Shown in pieces: positions 1 through 10,027 of a DNA stretch of 64,000 bases. Numbering within the stretch: position 1 is the first letter of the stretch; every line of letters starts with the position of its first letter. The notes under the pieces were generated by a model. That model saw nothing but the letters and a program-made list of their open reading frames with translations, was not told where the DNA came from and ran no database searches. Origin of the DNA: Nitrososphaerota archaeon (GTDB lineage: Archaea; Thermoproteota; Nitrososphaeria; Nitrososphaerales; JACPRH01); contig JAMCPI010000016.1 in assembly GCA_023379805.1 (NCBI GenBank), positions 8,514 to 72,513 on the forward strand. The letters are read 5' to 3'. A program made the position numbers and the translations under genes.

Positions 1-1099
1 TTCGGCCGCTGTGCGAAGAAAAGTCGAAGCGTTTCACTTGGGATTTGACTTTCCGCGGCTTGCCGTTGATCAATGTTATTCCTTTCTCAAGAAGCGTTCG
101 ACCGGGGGTTCCGGGGACCTGGAACGATACTATACATATCGCGTTTTTAGGTCCACGGGCGATCTCGTTGTTGTAGAAGACGGCTGAACCACCTACAAGC
201 ATCCCTGCTGGAGCAATTATTACGCCCGGCTGCTTCACTACGCGTCTACGTTGGCTCCAGCTTGTCATCATATCGACGCTTCCTATGCTCTTCTTGTATA
301 AATCGGGATCTTTCAGGAATTCTTGGTGTCTCAGCAGCACATCGTTTGTCTTAAGGGCCATTCCATCCATTGCAACAGGGTAGGGAAAGTTCTTCTTTCT
401 GAGAACACATGCCATTTCCTGAGCTCTTCCTACAGCGAATGCTGGGACAAGGGCGGTTCCTCCCTGCTCAACAATCTCTTTCAAGAATGCAACGAACTCA
501 TCCTCAACCTTTTCACGCGGCGGATGATCAGCGGTCGCGTAGGTGCTCTCCGTGATGATTATGTCAGTTTCGTCCCAATCAGTGTCAGCTCCGCGCTGGA
601 GATTGGTTTCGTCGATCTTGAAATCACCTGTGTAAAGCACGCTCTTCTTGCCGTTATCGAGTCGAACAATCGAAGAGCCGGGTATGTGGCCCGCGTCAAG
701 GAATTTGACGGTGAACTCACCCATCTGAGACTCGTCTCCGGTCTTGAAGCCCTGCGCTCTCTTCATCATGTTCATTAGATCGAGATACTCAAAGGGGAGG
801 TAGAACCCTGATAGCTGAATAAAGTCCTCGATTAATAGGCGACTTAGCTCAAGAGTTAGGCTCGTGGAGTGCATCTCCACCCCGTTTCCGAGAAAGAATA
901 GCGGCGTAGCACCTGAATGATCAAGGTGTGAATGTGTGAGGACTATCCCATCTACATCCTTCGGTTTCACGTGAATTGGAAACGCAGGTTCTCTTCCAAC
1001 GAGCACCCCGAAGTCCAAAAGTACACGCGTTTTTTCTCCTTTAACCAGAAAAGCTGACCTGCCGACCTGTTGTGCGGCACCTAGAACAGAAACTTCCAT
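1..1099 (-). CDS. beta-CASP / metallo-beta-lactamase-fold RNA-processing nuclease (aCPSF2 or RNase J-like); 3' end runs off the window
   Basis: Not in the ORF track because there is no stop inside the window. My reverse-strand translation from ATG (complement of 1097-1099) reads MEVSVLGAAQQVGRSAFLVKGEKTRVLLDFG...DGIVLTHSHLDHSGATP (HxHxDH motif)...FLDAGHIPGSS...ITESTYA...ALVPAFAVGRAQE. It stays open to position 1. The listed + ORF 323..778 is its antisense shadow. Confidence 0.8.
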   Translation of the reverse strand, partial: MEVSVLGAAQQVGRSAFLVKGEKTRVLLDFGVLVGREPAFPIHVKPKDVDGIVLTHSHLDHSGATPLFFLGNGVEMHSTSLTLELSRLLIEDFIQLSGFYLPFEYLDLMNMMKRAQGFKTGDESQMGEFTVKFLDAGHIPGSSIVRLDNGKKSVLYTGDFKIDETNLQRGADTDWDETDIIITESTYATADHPPREKVEDEFVAFLKEIVEQGGTALVPAFAVGRAQEMACVLRKKNFPYPVAMDGMALKTNDVLLRHQEFLKDPDLYKKSIGSVDMMTSWSQRRRVVKQPGVIIAPAGMLVGGSAVFYNNEIARGPKNAICIVSFQVPGTPGRTLLEKGITLINGKPRKVKSQVKRFDFSSHSGR

Positions 1100-1175
1100 T
1101 CGTTTTTTACATCCTTACTGTATTTAGACGACAACCTTTTGAAGAACCATTCTTAAAGCTTTGCTAGTGTAACGA

Positions 1176-1877
1176 ATGGTACTCAAGATAATTCCCGAGT
1201 CCGTGGGCTTTAAAGATTATTCCTTAATCACAGGATTTCACGGAATAGGTGCAACTGGTTACTGGACGGTAAAATACCTCATCCAGAAGCTTAAAGCCGA
1301 GCGCATAGCGTTCGTAGACTCAAACATCATCGCACCTATTACCTCGACCGAAGAGGGCCGCATCACCACACCCTGTGAATTCTTCAAAAAAGACAACCTC
1401 ATCTTCTTCAAAGTTGAAGCACCGCCCTACAAACCGGAGGACATGGAGTTCTTCAGGGATCTAGCCGACTTTGTGATTAGAGCAGGCTTCAAGGAAGCGG
1501 CGTTGATCGGAGGATTAGACTCACGACTAAGACGAGACAACAGCACCTTCCGTCTCGTCAAGACTTCTGCATACAAAGCGGAGAAAGATCTAGTAAACGC
1601 TCCCATCCTCGAAGAAGGCCAGATCATCGTCGGGCCAGTCTCGGTCCTACTCAACAGGTTTGAAGCGTACAGCTTCCCAGCTTACTCGATACTCTCATAC
1701 GCCTCAGCTGAACGAGTTGATCCACGTGCAGCTGCAGCAGCAATAAACATACTGTCGAAACACTTCGGTTTCGAAGTCGATCTCCAACCTCTGCTAAAGG
1801 GTGCCGAGGTGCTGGAGTCTGAGATAGAGAAGCATGAAGCGCATCTGCGAAGACAAAGCGAAAACATCTACACTTAA
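1176..1877 (+). CDS. PAC2-family proteasome assembly chaperone (PbaB-like)
   Basis: 233 aa. ITGFHGIGATGYWTVKYLIQKL resembles the G-x-G-x-G N-terminal signature of archaeal PAC2/PbaB proteins (from memory). The C-terminus ...ENIYT fits a hydrophobic-Tyr-X (HbYX) proteasome-docking motif. Confidence 0.6.
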   Translation: MVLKIIPESVGFKDYSLITGFHGIGATGYWTVKYLIQKLKAERIAFVDSNIIAPITSTEEGRITTPCEFFKKDNLIFFKVEAPPYKPEDMEFFRDLADFVIRAGFKEAALIGGLDSRLRRDNSTFRLVKTSAYKAEKDLVNAPILEEGQIIVGPVSVLLNRFEAYSFPAYSILSYASAERVDPRAAAAAINILSKHFGFEVDLQPLLKGAEVLESEIEKHEAHLRRQSENIYT

Positions 1878-3475
1878 CAGGTGCTGCTGTCTCGAAGCGC
1901 TGAAACCGCGGCCTCAGCAGGATTATCCGCTGTATCGACGACGCGAACATCAATAACGCCTTTCAAACCCTCAGCTACCGCTCTAGAGTAAACGTCATTC
2001 ACATAAACCACAACACGCGAAAAACCATTTTGCCCAACAACCTTCCTAATCTCCTCGACGACTCCGGGTGAAGGCGTTACAGCGTCTGACCGAATAGCAC
2101 TCTCATACTGCGCCAACGGATAGATGTCTGAAATCTCAACTGGAACCAAGCCGTAAGGATGAATTAGGAAGCAGACCTGAACCCCCCGAGACGCCTCACC
2201 CAGCGCCTTCATAATAGAAGAGTACAATTGAGATTTAACGGATGGTCTGACATCCGGCTCAGGAAGCAGAAGCAGCATCGGCTTCCGAAACTCAACATCA
2301 TTAACAAGTCTATGACGGTGGCGTATAACCTGCGGCCGATTCTCATCAGCTGCATCAATGAAGAATACTCCTTTGGACTGGTAGAGCGCTGTCCCATCTT
2401 CAAGCAAATCGCGGTATTGCGTTAAGCTCTGGAAAGCCTCCCATAGCCTAGGGTGGCACCTTGCCTTTGATCCTAGATGCTCCCACAACCTGCCCTCCCT
2501 AATGGCCTCCTTGCACTCATCGACCGACTTCTTCAGCAGGTAGAGGTTGTGCACCGCTATGCTATCACACCGCTTATGGTCAGGCAGCCTCCTCAACTCA
2601 TCCAGTGATGTTGATGTGCAGACTGGGCAAGCGCAGCTCAGATAGGAGAGATCCTTCAGCTTAACCGTCCCCGTGTCAGTAAGATACCTGTCTTCACGAG
2701 CGTAAAGCATGTATGAAGCGGAGTCGAACAGGTCGCAGCCAAGCGCAACAGCTAATGGTATGGTAAGCGGGTGGCCTGCACCGAAAAGATGGAACGGCTG
2801 TTCCATCGGCAGATTCTTCTTAGCTGCAACAATCATCGAGGCCAATAGCCGGAACTTATAGGCCTCCATTACTACGGTTGGGCTGCCCAGAGCATACACA
2901 TCAAAACCCATCTTACCTGTCTCCCTAGCGGACTGCTCAACCAAATCAACATGAATACCACCTTGAACCGGTCCAGTCCAGAGCATGTCGCGCCGACTCT
3001 TCACAGCCAGCGTCCTTTTATCTCGCCGGAGCGTTTCCTCAACGGTCTCCTCAGCGTACCACCGCGCTGTCTGTGATCCGGTGGGTTTGTCAAGCACTAC
3101 CGCTATATCTGAGCCTATCTCTTCCTCAAAGTGAGCCATAGACTCCGGAGAAACATCCACGTCACCATACTCCAAGACCTGATAGCCGCCTGAGTCGGTC
3201 ATTACTGTGCCGTCAAAACCTATCGTTCGATGTATCCCGTTTTTCCTTACCGCCTCGCCTCCGCTCTTCATCGCGATGTAAGCGTTAGTCATAACTGCTG
3301 AGAAACCGATTTTGCGAATATAATCGGGTGGCACCGTTTGGTAAAGAGGGTGAATAACCGGTAACAGTGCCGGAGTCTCGACTACGCCGCTCTTGGTTCT
3401 TAGCCGCCCAATCCTCCCAGCTAAATCGGTAGCCTTGACCTCAAACACGTTGTTATACTCACCTTTAGACTCCAT
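1874..3475 (-). CDS. tgtA: archaeosine tRNA-guanine(15) transglycosylase
   Basis: 533 aa. The N-terminus FEVKATDLAGRIGRLRTKSGVVETPALLPVIHP and the zinc site SCACPVC are typical of archaeal TGT. It overlaps the convergent PAC2 gene end by 4 nt. Confidence 0.9.
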   Translation of the reverse strand: MESKGEYNNVFEVKATDLAGRIGRLRTKSGVVETPALLPVIHPLYQTVPPDYIRKIGFSAVMTNAYIAMKSGGEAVRKNGIHRTIGFDGTVMTDSGGYQVLEYGDVDVSPESMAHFEEEIGSDIAVVLDKPTGSQTARWYAEETVEETLRRDKRTLAVKSRRDMLWTGPVQGGIHVDLVEQSARETGKMGFDVYALGSPTVVMEAYKFRLLASMIVAAKKNLPMEQPFHLFGAGHPLTIPLAVALGCDLFDSASYMLYAREDRYLTDTGTVKLKDLSYLSCACPVCTSTSLDELRRLPDHKRCDSIAVHNLYLLKKSVDECKEAIREGRLWEHLGSKARCHPRLWEAFQSLTQYRDLLEDGTALYQSKGVFFIDAADENRPQVIRHRHRLVNDVEFRKPMLLLLPEPDVRPSVKSQLYSSIMKALGEASRGVQVCFLIHPYGLVPVEISDIYPLAQYESAIRSDAVTPSPGVVEEIRKVVGQNGFSRVVVYVNDVYSRAVAEGLKGVIDVRVVDTADNPAEAAVSALRDSSTC

Positions 3476-3561
3476 CTTTCTTCTTTTACTTGCTTGCTGC
3501 GGAACCTCCGCAGCTTACTTTTACACCTATCTGCCAGAGACGCTGCGCGTTATTACTGCGG

Positions 3562-3975
3562 CTACTTTTCTTTGACGAATTCGTTGTAGACCGCTTTAAC
3601 TCGGTCAGCCGCGAGCCCGCCTCCTTCGACTACGCCGTTCTCGGTGACCTTGATTTTATCCATGACTATGATTGCTCCGATGTCCTCTCTTACCTTGACG
3701 AGGCCTGGGAATACTCGGCTTAACCGTTCAGCAAGAGCCTTTAGATCAAAGGGCTGCTCAACAAGCCGTATCTCTTTAACGAAGGTTCCGTTGATCACTA
3801 CCTTGAACACCTTGTCACCTGCGCCGAAGAGATCGTCAAGTATAAGATTCAGTTTCTCATCAATGCCTTTTAGGTTCCCTTGATACTTCTTACCTTCAGA
3901 GGTCTCAACCTCAACTCTCCTACCGACAATAGAGACCATTTCATCACTAAATTTTCGAAAGACAGCTGAAGACAA
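3562..3975 (-). CDS. Sm-like (Lsm) RNA-binding protein with a C-terminal extension
   Basis: 137 aa. Sm1-like VEVETSEGKKYQGNLKGIDEKLNLILDD and Sm2-like VVINGTFVKEIRLVE, followed by an extra domain of about 65 aa. Confidence 0.6.
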   Translation of the reverse strand: MSSAVFRKFSDEMVSIVGRRVEVETSEGKKYQGNLKGIDEKLNLILDDLFGAGDKVFKVVINGTFVKEIRLVEQPFDLKALAERLSRVFPGLVKVREDIGAIIVMDKIKVTENGVVEGGGLAADRVKAVYNEFVKEK

Positions 3976-4083
3976 CTACAATTCACCTTTTACACCTATC
4001 TCTCCAAAGAATAGGGTTAAAAAGTATGTGCCACCCCCGCCGAGAATCTGCAGAACTTCACTCAGCTACCGGGTTATAGACAA

Positions 4084-5091
4084 TTAATCTTCAGAAGGAT
4101 ACTCAGATAGGAATGTCTGATCACTCTTCAACGGTCTAGCATTATAACCCAGCGTTCTCAGATGAGCTGCGAACTCATCGGCGAAGCCGTGAACCGTGTA
4201 TACCTTGTACGGATCGCACTGTCGAACCATCTCGACAAGATCGTTAAAGTCGCAGTGATCACTCAGGGTGAAGGCGTGGTCTACGCCTCGCATGTACTTG
4301 TAACGCGGTTCGACGCTCCAACCTGAGAAGGCAACCGAGACGGCGCCGTACCTCTGCTTTAACCTAGCCATTATCTGCCGGCTTCCGCCGTTCATCGGCG
4401 CAATCAGAATCCACGGCTTTCTTCCCAACTGCCCCTCCTCCGCAGCCTCGTCGAAGGGTTGCAGATCGCTTCGCAGCTTGACTCCTAGATCTATGTATGC
4501 TTGGTTTATCTCGAAGATGGATTTGTGGAGATAGATTGGATCCCAGCTTGAGAAGAGATCGGAGAGGATCTGCGCCTTCCCGAGTGTGTAACCCATTAAA
4601 ACAACAGGTATCCCCCTTGAAAACAAATCAGCTATCAGCTCGTTAACTCGCCGCATTGTCTCTTCAACTGGTGGGAAAACATAGTTGCGCTTCCCGAAGG
4701 TGCTCTCCATAATCAGAGTACCACATTTAACTGGTTGGCATCCCCGCATGAAGCTTCGCGACTTTAACGCAAAGTCGCCCGTGTAATACACATCGTCGCC
4801 TATCAGAAGGCCTCGTGAACCGAGAATATGGCCCGACTCTATCATCTTGAGATTGTTAGGCATCTGCTCTGCAATGTTGATTGTGACGCCTCGCTTAGCA
4901 GCTAGGAGTGCCGTCTCCTTGGTTGCAAGAATACTTCCTGTGGAGCCTATGCCCTTCATATGGTCGATATGAGCGTGAGATATGAAGGTGAAATCAGCCT
5001 TACCTACTCTATCCGGATCTAAGCTGATTTTCCGACCGTCATACTCGATGGTGATACCGTTGCTTGAAGTAATTGTCATCGGAGCCTTCAA
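4084..5091 (-). CDS. metallo-beta-lactamase-fold (beta-CASP-like) nuclease/hydrolase
   Basis: 335 aa. FISHAHIDHMKG (HxHxDH), ESGHILGS, and a C-terminal ...TLSDHCDFNDL...VYTVHG as in short beta-CASP exonucleases. Confidence 0.7.
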   Translation of the reverse strand: MKAPMTITSSNGITIEYDGRKISLDPDRVGKADFTFISHAHIDHMKGIGSTGSILATKETALLAAKRGVTINIAEQMPNNLKMIESGHILGSRGLLIGDDVYYTGDFALKSRSFMRGCQPVKCGTLIMESTFGKRNYVFPPVEETMRRVNELIADLFSRGIPVVLMGYTLGKAQILSDLFSSWDPIYLHKSIFEINQAYIDLGVKLRSDLQPFDEAAEEGQLGRKPWILIAPMNGGSRQIMARLKQRYGAVSVAFSGWSVEPRYKYMRGVDHAFTLSDHCDFNDLVEMVRQCDPYKVYTVHGFADEFAAHLRTLGYNARPLKSDQTFLSEYPSED

Positions 5092-5131
5092 AACTTTCTC
5101 GGGCCTAGCCCGAGGGCCGCTTCGTGCTGAT

Positions 5132-5746
5132 TTAAGAGTTTGTGATTCTCGGCGTCGCTAACTCTTTAGCGGATTCATGCAGCGGCATCCTGATCTGCAG
5201 TTCCACTCTGAAATCTTCTATCTTCGCCTTCACCAAAGATGCTCCTAAGCCGCCGAAGATCGCTGAGACAAACTCGCTGATGAATATAGACCACTTTCTA
5301 TTAATGCCGTGGTGAAGAGTGATGTCCCATATGCTCTTCCTCTTCTCTATCTTTGCTTCGAACAGGTTTGCTCTTCTCCCAAAGATCTCTTGAACTAGCT
5401 TCACCGCATTGTCCAAAGTATGATCCATTCCAAAGTTTGCAAGGGTCCTCTCCGGTTGCTCCCGCCCCAAGATTCGTCCAATCCTTCTCACTGTTTGGTC
5501 GGGGATCTGATTGAAAGCCATGCCAATGAAAAATGCATTAACAGTAATCGCTCTTGACCGTTTTATATGGCGGTAAAACGATAAATGATCCTCAAGCACA
5601 TCATTTACGAGATACTCTAGCGAAAGGCCGCTAAGCTTCGCCTCAACAGCGAGCTTACGTAGAACCCTATCGTCAACGTTAACGGTTCCAACTGTCGTAC
5701 TCGCTATCACCTGTTGTACAAATGCGATTATAACCCTATAACTCAA
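5132..5746 (-). CDS. hypothetical protein, possible N-terminal ribbon-helix-helix
   Basis: 204 aa ORF. VNVDDRVLRKLAVEAKLSGLSLEYLVNDVLEDHL looks like a strand-helix-helix. I recognise no family. Confidence 0.5.
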   Translation of the reverse strand: MSYRVIIAFVQQVIASTTVGTVNVDDRVLRKLAVEAKLSGLSLEYLVNDVLEDHLSFYRHIKRSRAITVNAFFIGMAFNQIPDQTVRRIGRILGREQPERTLANFGMDHTLDNAVKLVQEIFGRRANLFEAKIEKRKSIWDITLHHGINRKWSIFISEFVSAIFGGLGASLVKAKIEDFRVELQIRMPLHESAKELATPRITNS

Positions 5747-6141
5747 TGTATGATCAAGATGAACAAAACGCGACTGGCTATATTATTTGAATAATTGCTT
5801 AACTAGTCGAAAGAAATCAAATAATGTTTATTGATAATTGAAATAGAGTAGATAATTTGCTAGCTGGTTGGCAGATAATTTGTATTACTTTTGTTTAGTG
5901 TGGCTGCTGCCGGCTTTAATTTGTTGCCTCCTCGATGAAGAGATAAACTCCGTTAAAGATCCACAAAATCACTGAATACTCCAAGCATTACATGCCAATT
6001 ACATTAAAATATTACAATATTTACGATCCTAACACTATTCAACACTCACCGTGACCGCTAATCGGAATTAACGCCGATGGGTGCGCTAGCTAACAGTTTT
6101 GGATTAGAATTATATAGTCAGAACATGTATTCAGCTGTGTT

Positions 6142-7365
6142 ATGACCATCAAAATCGGCTTAATCGGTAAAACGAACACCGGCAAGACGACATTCTTCAA
6201 CTCAGCCACATTAAAAGCAGCTGAGGTGTCCAACTACCCGTTCACCACCAAAAGCCCAAACATAGGCATCGCTCAAACAGCAACCATATGCGTCCACAAG
6301 GAGCTCAATGTCAAAGACAACCCCATAAACTCCCAATGCATAGACGGCTGGAGAGCCATTCCAGTCGAAATCATAGATCTACCCGGACTCATCAAAGGCG
6401 CATGGACTGGCAAAGGCTTGGGAAACCAGTTCCTCTCAGTCGCAGCTCAATCAGACGCCCTCCTACACATAGTTGACGCATCAGGCGGCATAGACGCCGA
6501 AGGCCGAATAACCGAGCCGGGAGCCGGAGACCCAGTAGCAGACCTCGGAGACATCGAGGAGGAGATGGTCATGTGGTACGTCAAACTCATCGAAGGCAAC
6601 CGAGATCGCATCATACGAGGACTACACGCAGACCACACCATAACAACCGGCATGATGGAAGTCCTAGCCGGCATCGGAGTAAACCCAAGTCACATCCAGA
6701 TGGCCCTAGATGAAACCAAGCTCAACGAAGAGGACTTTCCCAACTGGAACGCAGACTCACTGAAACAGTTCGCCTGGATCCTCCGTGACATCTCAAAACC
6801 AACGCTAATCGTAGCGAACAAAATGGATCTCGAAGGCTCAGCTGAGAACTTCAAACGCATCAGAGAGCAGTACAATGACATGATCGTAGTACCTGCAAGC
6901 GCAGAAGCGGAGCTAACTCTAAGGCTCGCAGAACAGAAACACCTAATCAGATACCTACCCGGACAAGAACGTTTCGACGTCCTAGATCAAACAAACTTAA
7001 GCGAAAAACAGCGATGGGCACTATCCTACATCCGGCAAGCAGTACTAGGGGAATACATGCGAACAGGAGTACAATTCGCAATAAACGTAGCAGTATTCAA
7101 ACTCCTAAAAATGAACACAGTCTACCCCGTCCAAAACCCTGAGAAACTCTCAGACAAACGAGGAAACATTCTACCCGACGTATACCTACTCCCAGCAGGC
7201 TCAACAGTCACAGACCTAGCCAAAGAAGTACACAGCGACCTAGCAAGAGGACTACTCTACGCCATCGACGCAAGAACCGGCCTACAGCTACCAACCAACT
7301 ACCAAATCAAAGACAGAGACGTACTCTCAATAGTATCTGCAGCACGAAAGAAAACCCAAACATAG
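6142..7365 (+). CDS. Obg/DRG-class GTPase with a C-terminal TGS-like domain
   Basis: 407 aa. G1 GKTNTGKTT, G3 DLPG, G4 ANKMD. The C-terminal ...YQIKDRDVLSIV is TGS-like. Confidence 0.8.
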   Translation: MTIKIGLIGKTNTGKTTFFNSATLKAAEVSNYPFTTKSPNIGIAQTATICVHKELNVKDNPINSQCIDGWRAIPVEIIDLPGLIKGAWTGKGLGNQFLSVAAQSDALLHIVDASGGIDAEGRITEPGAGDPVADLGDIEEEMVMWYVKLIEGNRDRIIRGLHADHTITTGMMEVLAGIGVNPSHIQMALDETKLNEEDFPNWNADSLKQFAWILRDISKPTLIVANKMDLEGSAENFKRIREQYNDMIVVPASAEAELTLRLAEQKHLIRYLPGQERFDVLDQTNLSEKQRWALSYIRQAVLGEYMRTGVQFAINVAVFKLLKMNTVYPVQNPEKLSDKRGNILPDVYLLPAGSTVTDLAKEVHSDLARGLLYAIDARTGLQLPTNYQIKDRDVLSIVSAARKKTQT

Positions 7366-7945
7366 AAACCCCAACAAACACACAGGTAAAGACCCCACTT
7401 CCCCACCTTCCCTACTATCTACCCGCCCTGCGAAAACACAACAGATTCAATACAGTAAACAACACCTAAAATAACCGCGCATACAATTCCAACATATATT
7501 CCACAAAAATTCTTGGGGGATAATCTTGCAACCCAAAACAACTCTTTTAGCAAACACTGCAAGCCCCGAACTTTAGTCCAAGCAGATCGCTTAGAACAAC
7601 AGCTCAGTTCTTAACCAGCTTTCATCAGTATATGTATCCTCCTCCCAGTATTTTTAGCAGGCGTGCGTGCGCGAAGAGGGATAATGCAATTTTAACAAAG
7701 AAGCGAAGCATAACCATATCTGCATAGTAACTTGCATACAATTGTAAATACTCCGAGAAGACATGTAACTCTAGGCAAAAGATGCATTAAGACGATGCAA
7801 TTTAGAAGCATATAGAGTAGTTCTAACCGCTTCTAACCTATTCTTTCCAAATCAACTAGATGTGCTGAAGCAGCAAGATCCGTAATGCCTTGCGAAATGT
7901 TTTAAAGCGGTTTTAAACGGCCTAGCTAAACGCCTTATCTTAAAA

Positions 7946-9031
7946 TTGAGCATCAAAAAACATTCGCAAAAGAAAAAGGAAGAACATGCCGCTCGAACCC
8001 CTGACAAATCCGGCAACGATCTTCTAACAACCCCTGTAAAACACTACAACCACCGTCAGGTATCAAACACCGCTGAACTAATAGAATCATTCCAGGGAAC
8101 AGCCTTCCAGAGCCGAAACCTCGCACGCTGCCTAGACGTAATGCTAGACATGCTGCAAGACAAAGACCGCCCAACAGTATTCCTAGCGCTCGCAGGCGCA
8201 ATGGTCCCAGGCGGACTACGCCAAACCATACGCGACATGATAGACATCAACATCGTAGATGTCTTAGTCTCCACAGGCGCAAACCTATACCACGATCTGC
8301 ATGAAGCAATGGGTTTCCACCACTACCTCGCCCAAACAGAGGTACCGGATGTCGAGCTGGCCAAGATGCGTATCGATAGAATCTTTGACGTATACGCCTC
8401 AGACCGCGAGTTCAACCACTCCGACCTCTTCATTAAAAAATTCGCCGACTCACTCAACCCTAGACGCTACTCCACCCGAGAATTCCTATACCTGCTCGGC
8501 TCAAAGCTCAAAGACGAAAACTCCGTGCTCAAAACCGCTGCGAAGAAGAACGTACCAGTCTTCTGCCCAGCAATAGCTGACTCATCGATTGGAATGTCCC
8601 TCACTTGGCACACCCAAGAACGACGTGACGCTGGACGTGAACCTATAGTGATAGACACTATTCAAGACAACCTTGAAATTTTGAAGGTAAAGATGGCGGC
8701 GAAGAAAACCGCTGCGATCCACATCGGAGGCGGAGTACCAAAGAACTATATCCAGCAAATCACCCCAATGGCAGGAATAATGGGCTTAGAAACACCGCCG
8801 CATGCCTACGGCATCGCAATCACCACAGACGACCCGAAGTGGGGTGGACTTTCAGGCTGCACCTTCAAAGAAAGCCAATCCTGGGGCAAATACACTGGTG
8901 ACGCTCACTTCTCCACAGTCTACATGGATGCCACAATCGGTCTACCTCTACTCTTCAAAGCCGCAGTCGAAAGGAAAGCAACCTGGTACAACCGCGAGCC
9001 GCTGCAAATAGACTGGTTAAAAAGCAGGTAA
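7946..9031 (+). CDS. dys: deoxyhypusine synthase
   Basis: 361 aa. FQSRNLARCLDVMLDML...FLALAGAMVPGGLR...VSTGANLYHD...IHIGGGVPKNY are typical DHS blocks. The start codon is uncertain (TTG at 7946). Confidence 0.9.
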   Translation: MSIKKHSQKKKEEHAARTPDKSGNDLLTTPVKHYNHRQVSNTAELIESFQGTAFQSRNLARCLDVMLDMLQDKDRPTVFLALAGAMVPGGLRQTIRDMIDINIVDVLVSTGANLYHDLHEAMGFHHYLAQTEVPDVELAKMRIDRIFDVYASDREFNHSDLFIKKFADSLNPRRYSTREFLYLLGSKLKDENSVLKTAAKKNVPVFCPAIADSSIGMSLTWHTQERRDAGREPIVIDTIQDNLEILKVKMAAKKTAAIHIGGGVPKNYIQQITPMAGIMGLETPPHAYGIAITTDDPKWGGLSGCTFKESQSWGKYTGDAHFSTVYMDATIGLPLLFKAAVERKATWYNREPLQIDWLKSR

Positions 9032-9059
9032 ATAAAGCGCCCTGTGGACGGTCTGACGA

Positions 9060-10016
9060 ATGGACTTCATCCTGCTAGACATCCTCACAATTGTGGGGCT
9101 CTCACTCTTCGAAATTGTGAGCAGTATCGACAACGCAGTGATAAACGCGGATGTCCTAGCAACTGTATCAAAGAAGGCTAGACGATGGTTTCTAACTTGG
9201 GGAATATTCTCAGCAGTATTCCTGATGAGAGGTGCTCTCCCACTCCTGATAGTGTATTCATTGAACCCTAGCCTTAGCCTCCAAGAAACAGCTGCACGTG
9301 CATTTAGTTCCGATCCAGCCATCATTGCGGCTGTCGAGGAGTCCGCTCCGCCCCTATTAATGGCTGGAGGCGTGTTTCTGGTCTTCCTCTTCTTCCACTG
9401 GATATTTCTGGAGCCGAAGCATTACGGCTTAATCGGAGAGGCTTACATCCATAAGAAAGGAGTCTGGTTCTACGCAGTAGTCTCGATAATGCTGACTTTG
9501 CTCATCTGGTTCTCAATACAGGCGGATCCATTGGTGGCTTTCGGCGCATCTGTGGGCTCCAGCATCTTCTTCATCACTCACGGCTTCAGGCAGAACGCTG
9601 AGCAGAGGGAACGGGAGCTGCTTGGAAACAGGAATATGAGCGATGTGAGTAAGATATTGTATCTGGAGGTAATCGACGCCTCTTTCTCGATAGACGGCGT
9701 TGTAGGCGCTTTCGCATTCACCTTTTCAATCCTCTTCATATTAATCGGCAACGGAATAGGCGCCATCGCAGTGCGAAACATCACCATAAGAAATATTGAG
9801 AACGTCAAGAAGTACAAGTATCTGAAAAACGGAGCAATGTACTCAATTGCTTTCCTTGGCACCGTTATGGTCGCGAACTCATTCAGGATTAAGCTACCTG
9901 AATGGATATCTCCAATCGCAACCATCGTAGTAATGGCTTACTTCTTCCAGAAATCAAGAAGTGAGCTAAAAAAATATAAAGAGCCAAGCTCAGACGCCTC
10001 CAGCAAATCCCATTAA
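9060..10016 (+). CDS. DUF475 / TerC-like integral membrane protein
   Basis: 318 aa and multi-TM. LSLFEIVSSIDNAVINADVL and EVIDASFSIDGVVGAFAF are the paired DUF475-type motifs (from memory). Confidence 0.6.
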   Translation: MDFILLDILTIVGLSLFEIVSSIDNAVINADVLATVSKKARRWFLTWGIFSAVFLMRGALPLLIVYSLNPSLSLQETAARAFSSDPAIIAAVEESAPPLLMAGGVFLVFLFFHWIFLEPKHYGLIGEAYIHKKGVWFYAVVSIMLTLLIWFSIQADPLVAFGASVGSSIFFITHGFRQNAEQRERELLGNRNMSDVSKILYLEVIDASFSIDGVVGAFAFTFSILFILIGNGIGAIAVRNITIRNIENVKKYKYLKNGAMYSIAFLGTVMVANSFRIKLPEWISPIATIVVMAYFFQKSRSELKKYKEPSSDASSKSH

Positions 10017-10027
10017 TGCCACACCTA

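Noticed and set aside
323-778. 151-aa + strand ORF from the track
   Set aside because: It lies entirely antisense to a much longer open frame with clear beta-CASP/MBL motifs (1..1099, minus strand). It is a shadow ORF.
7366-7945. 580-bp ORF-free C/A-rich region after the GTPase gene as a possible ncRNA
   Set aside because: I could find no repeats, hairpin/T-run units, C/D-box arrangement or similarity to other parts of the window. I left it as plain intergenic/promoter DNA for dys.
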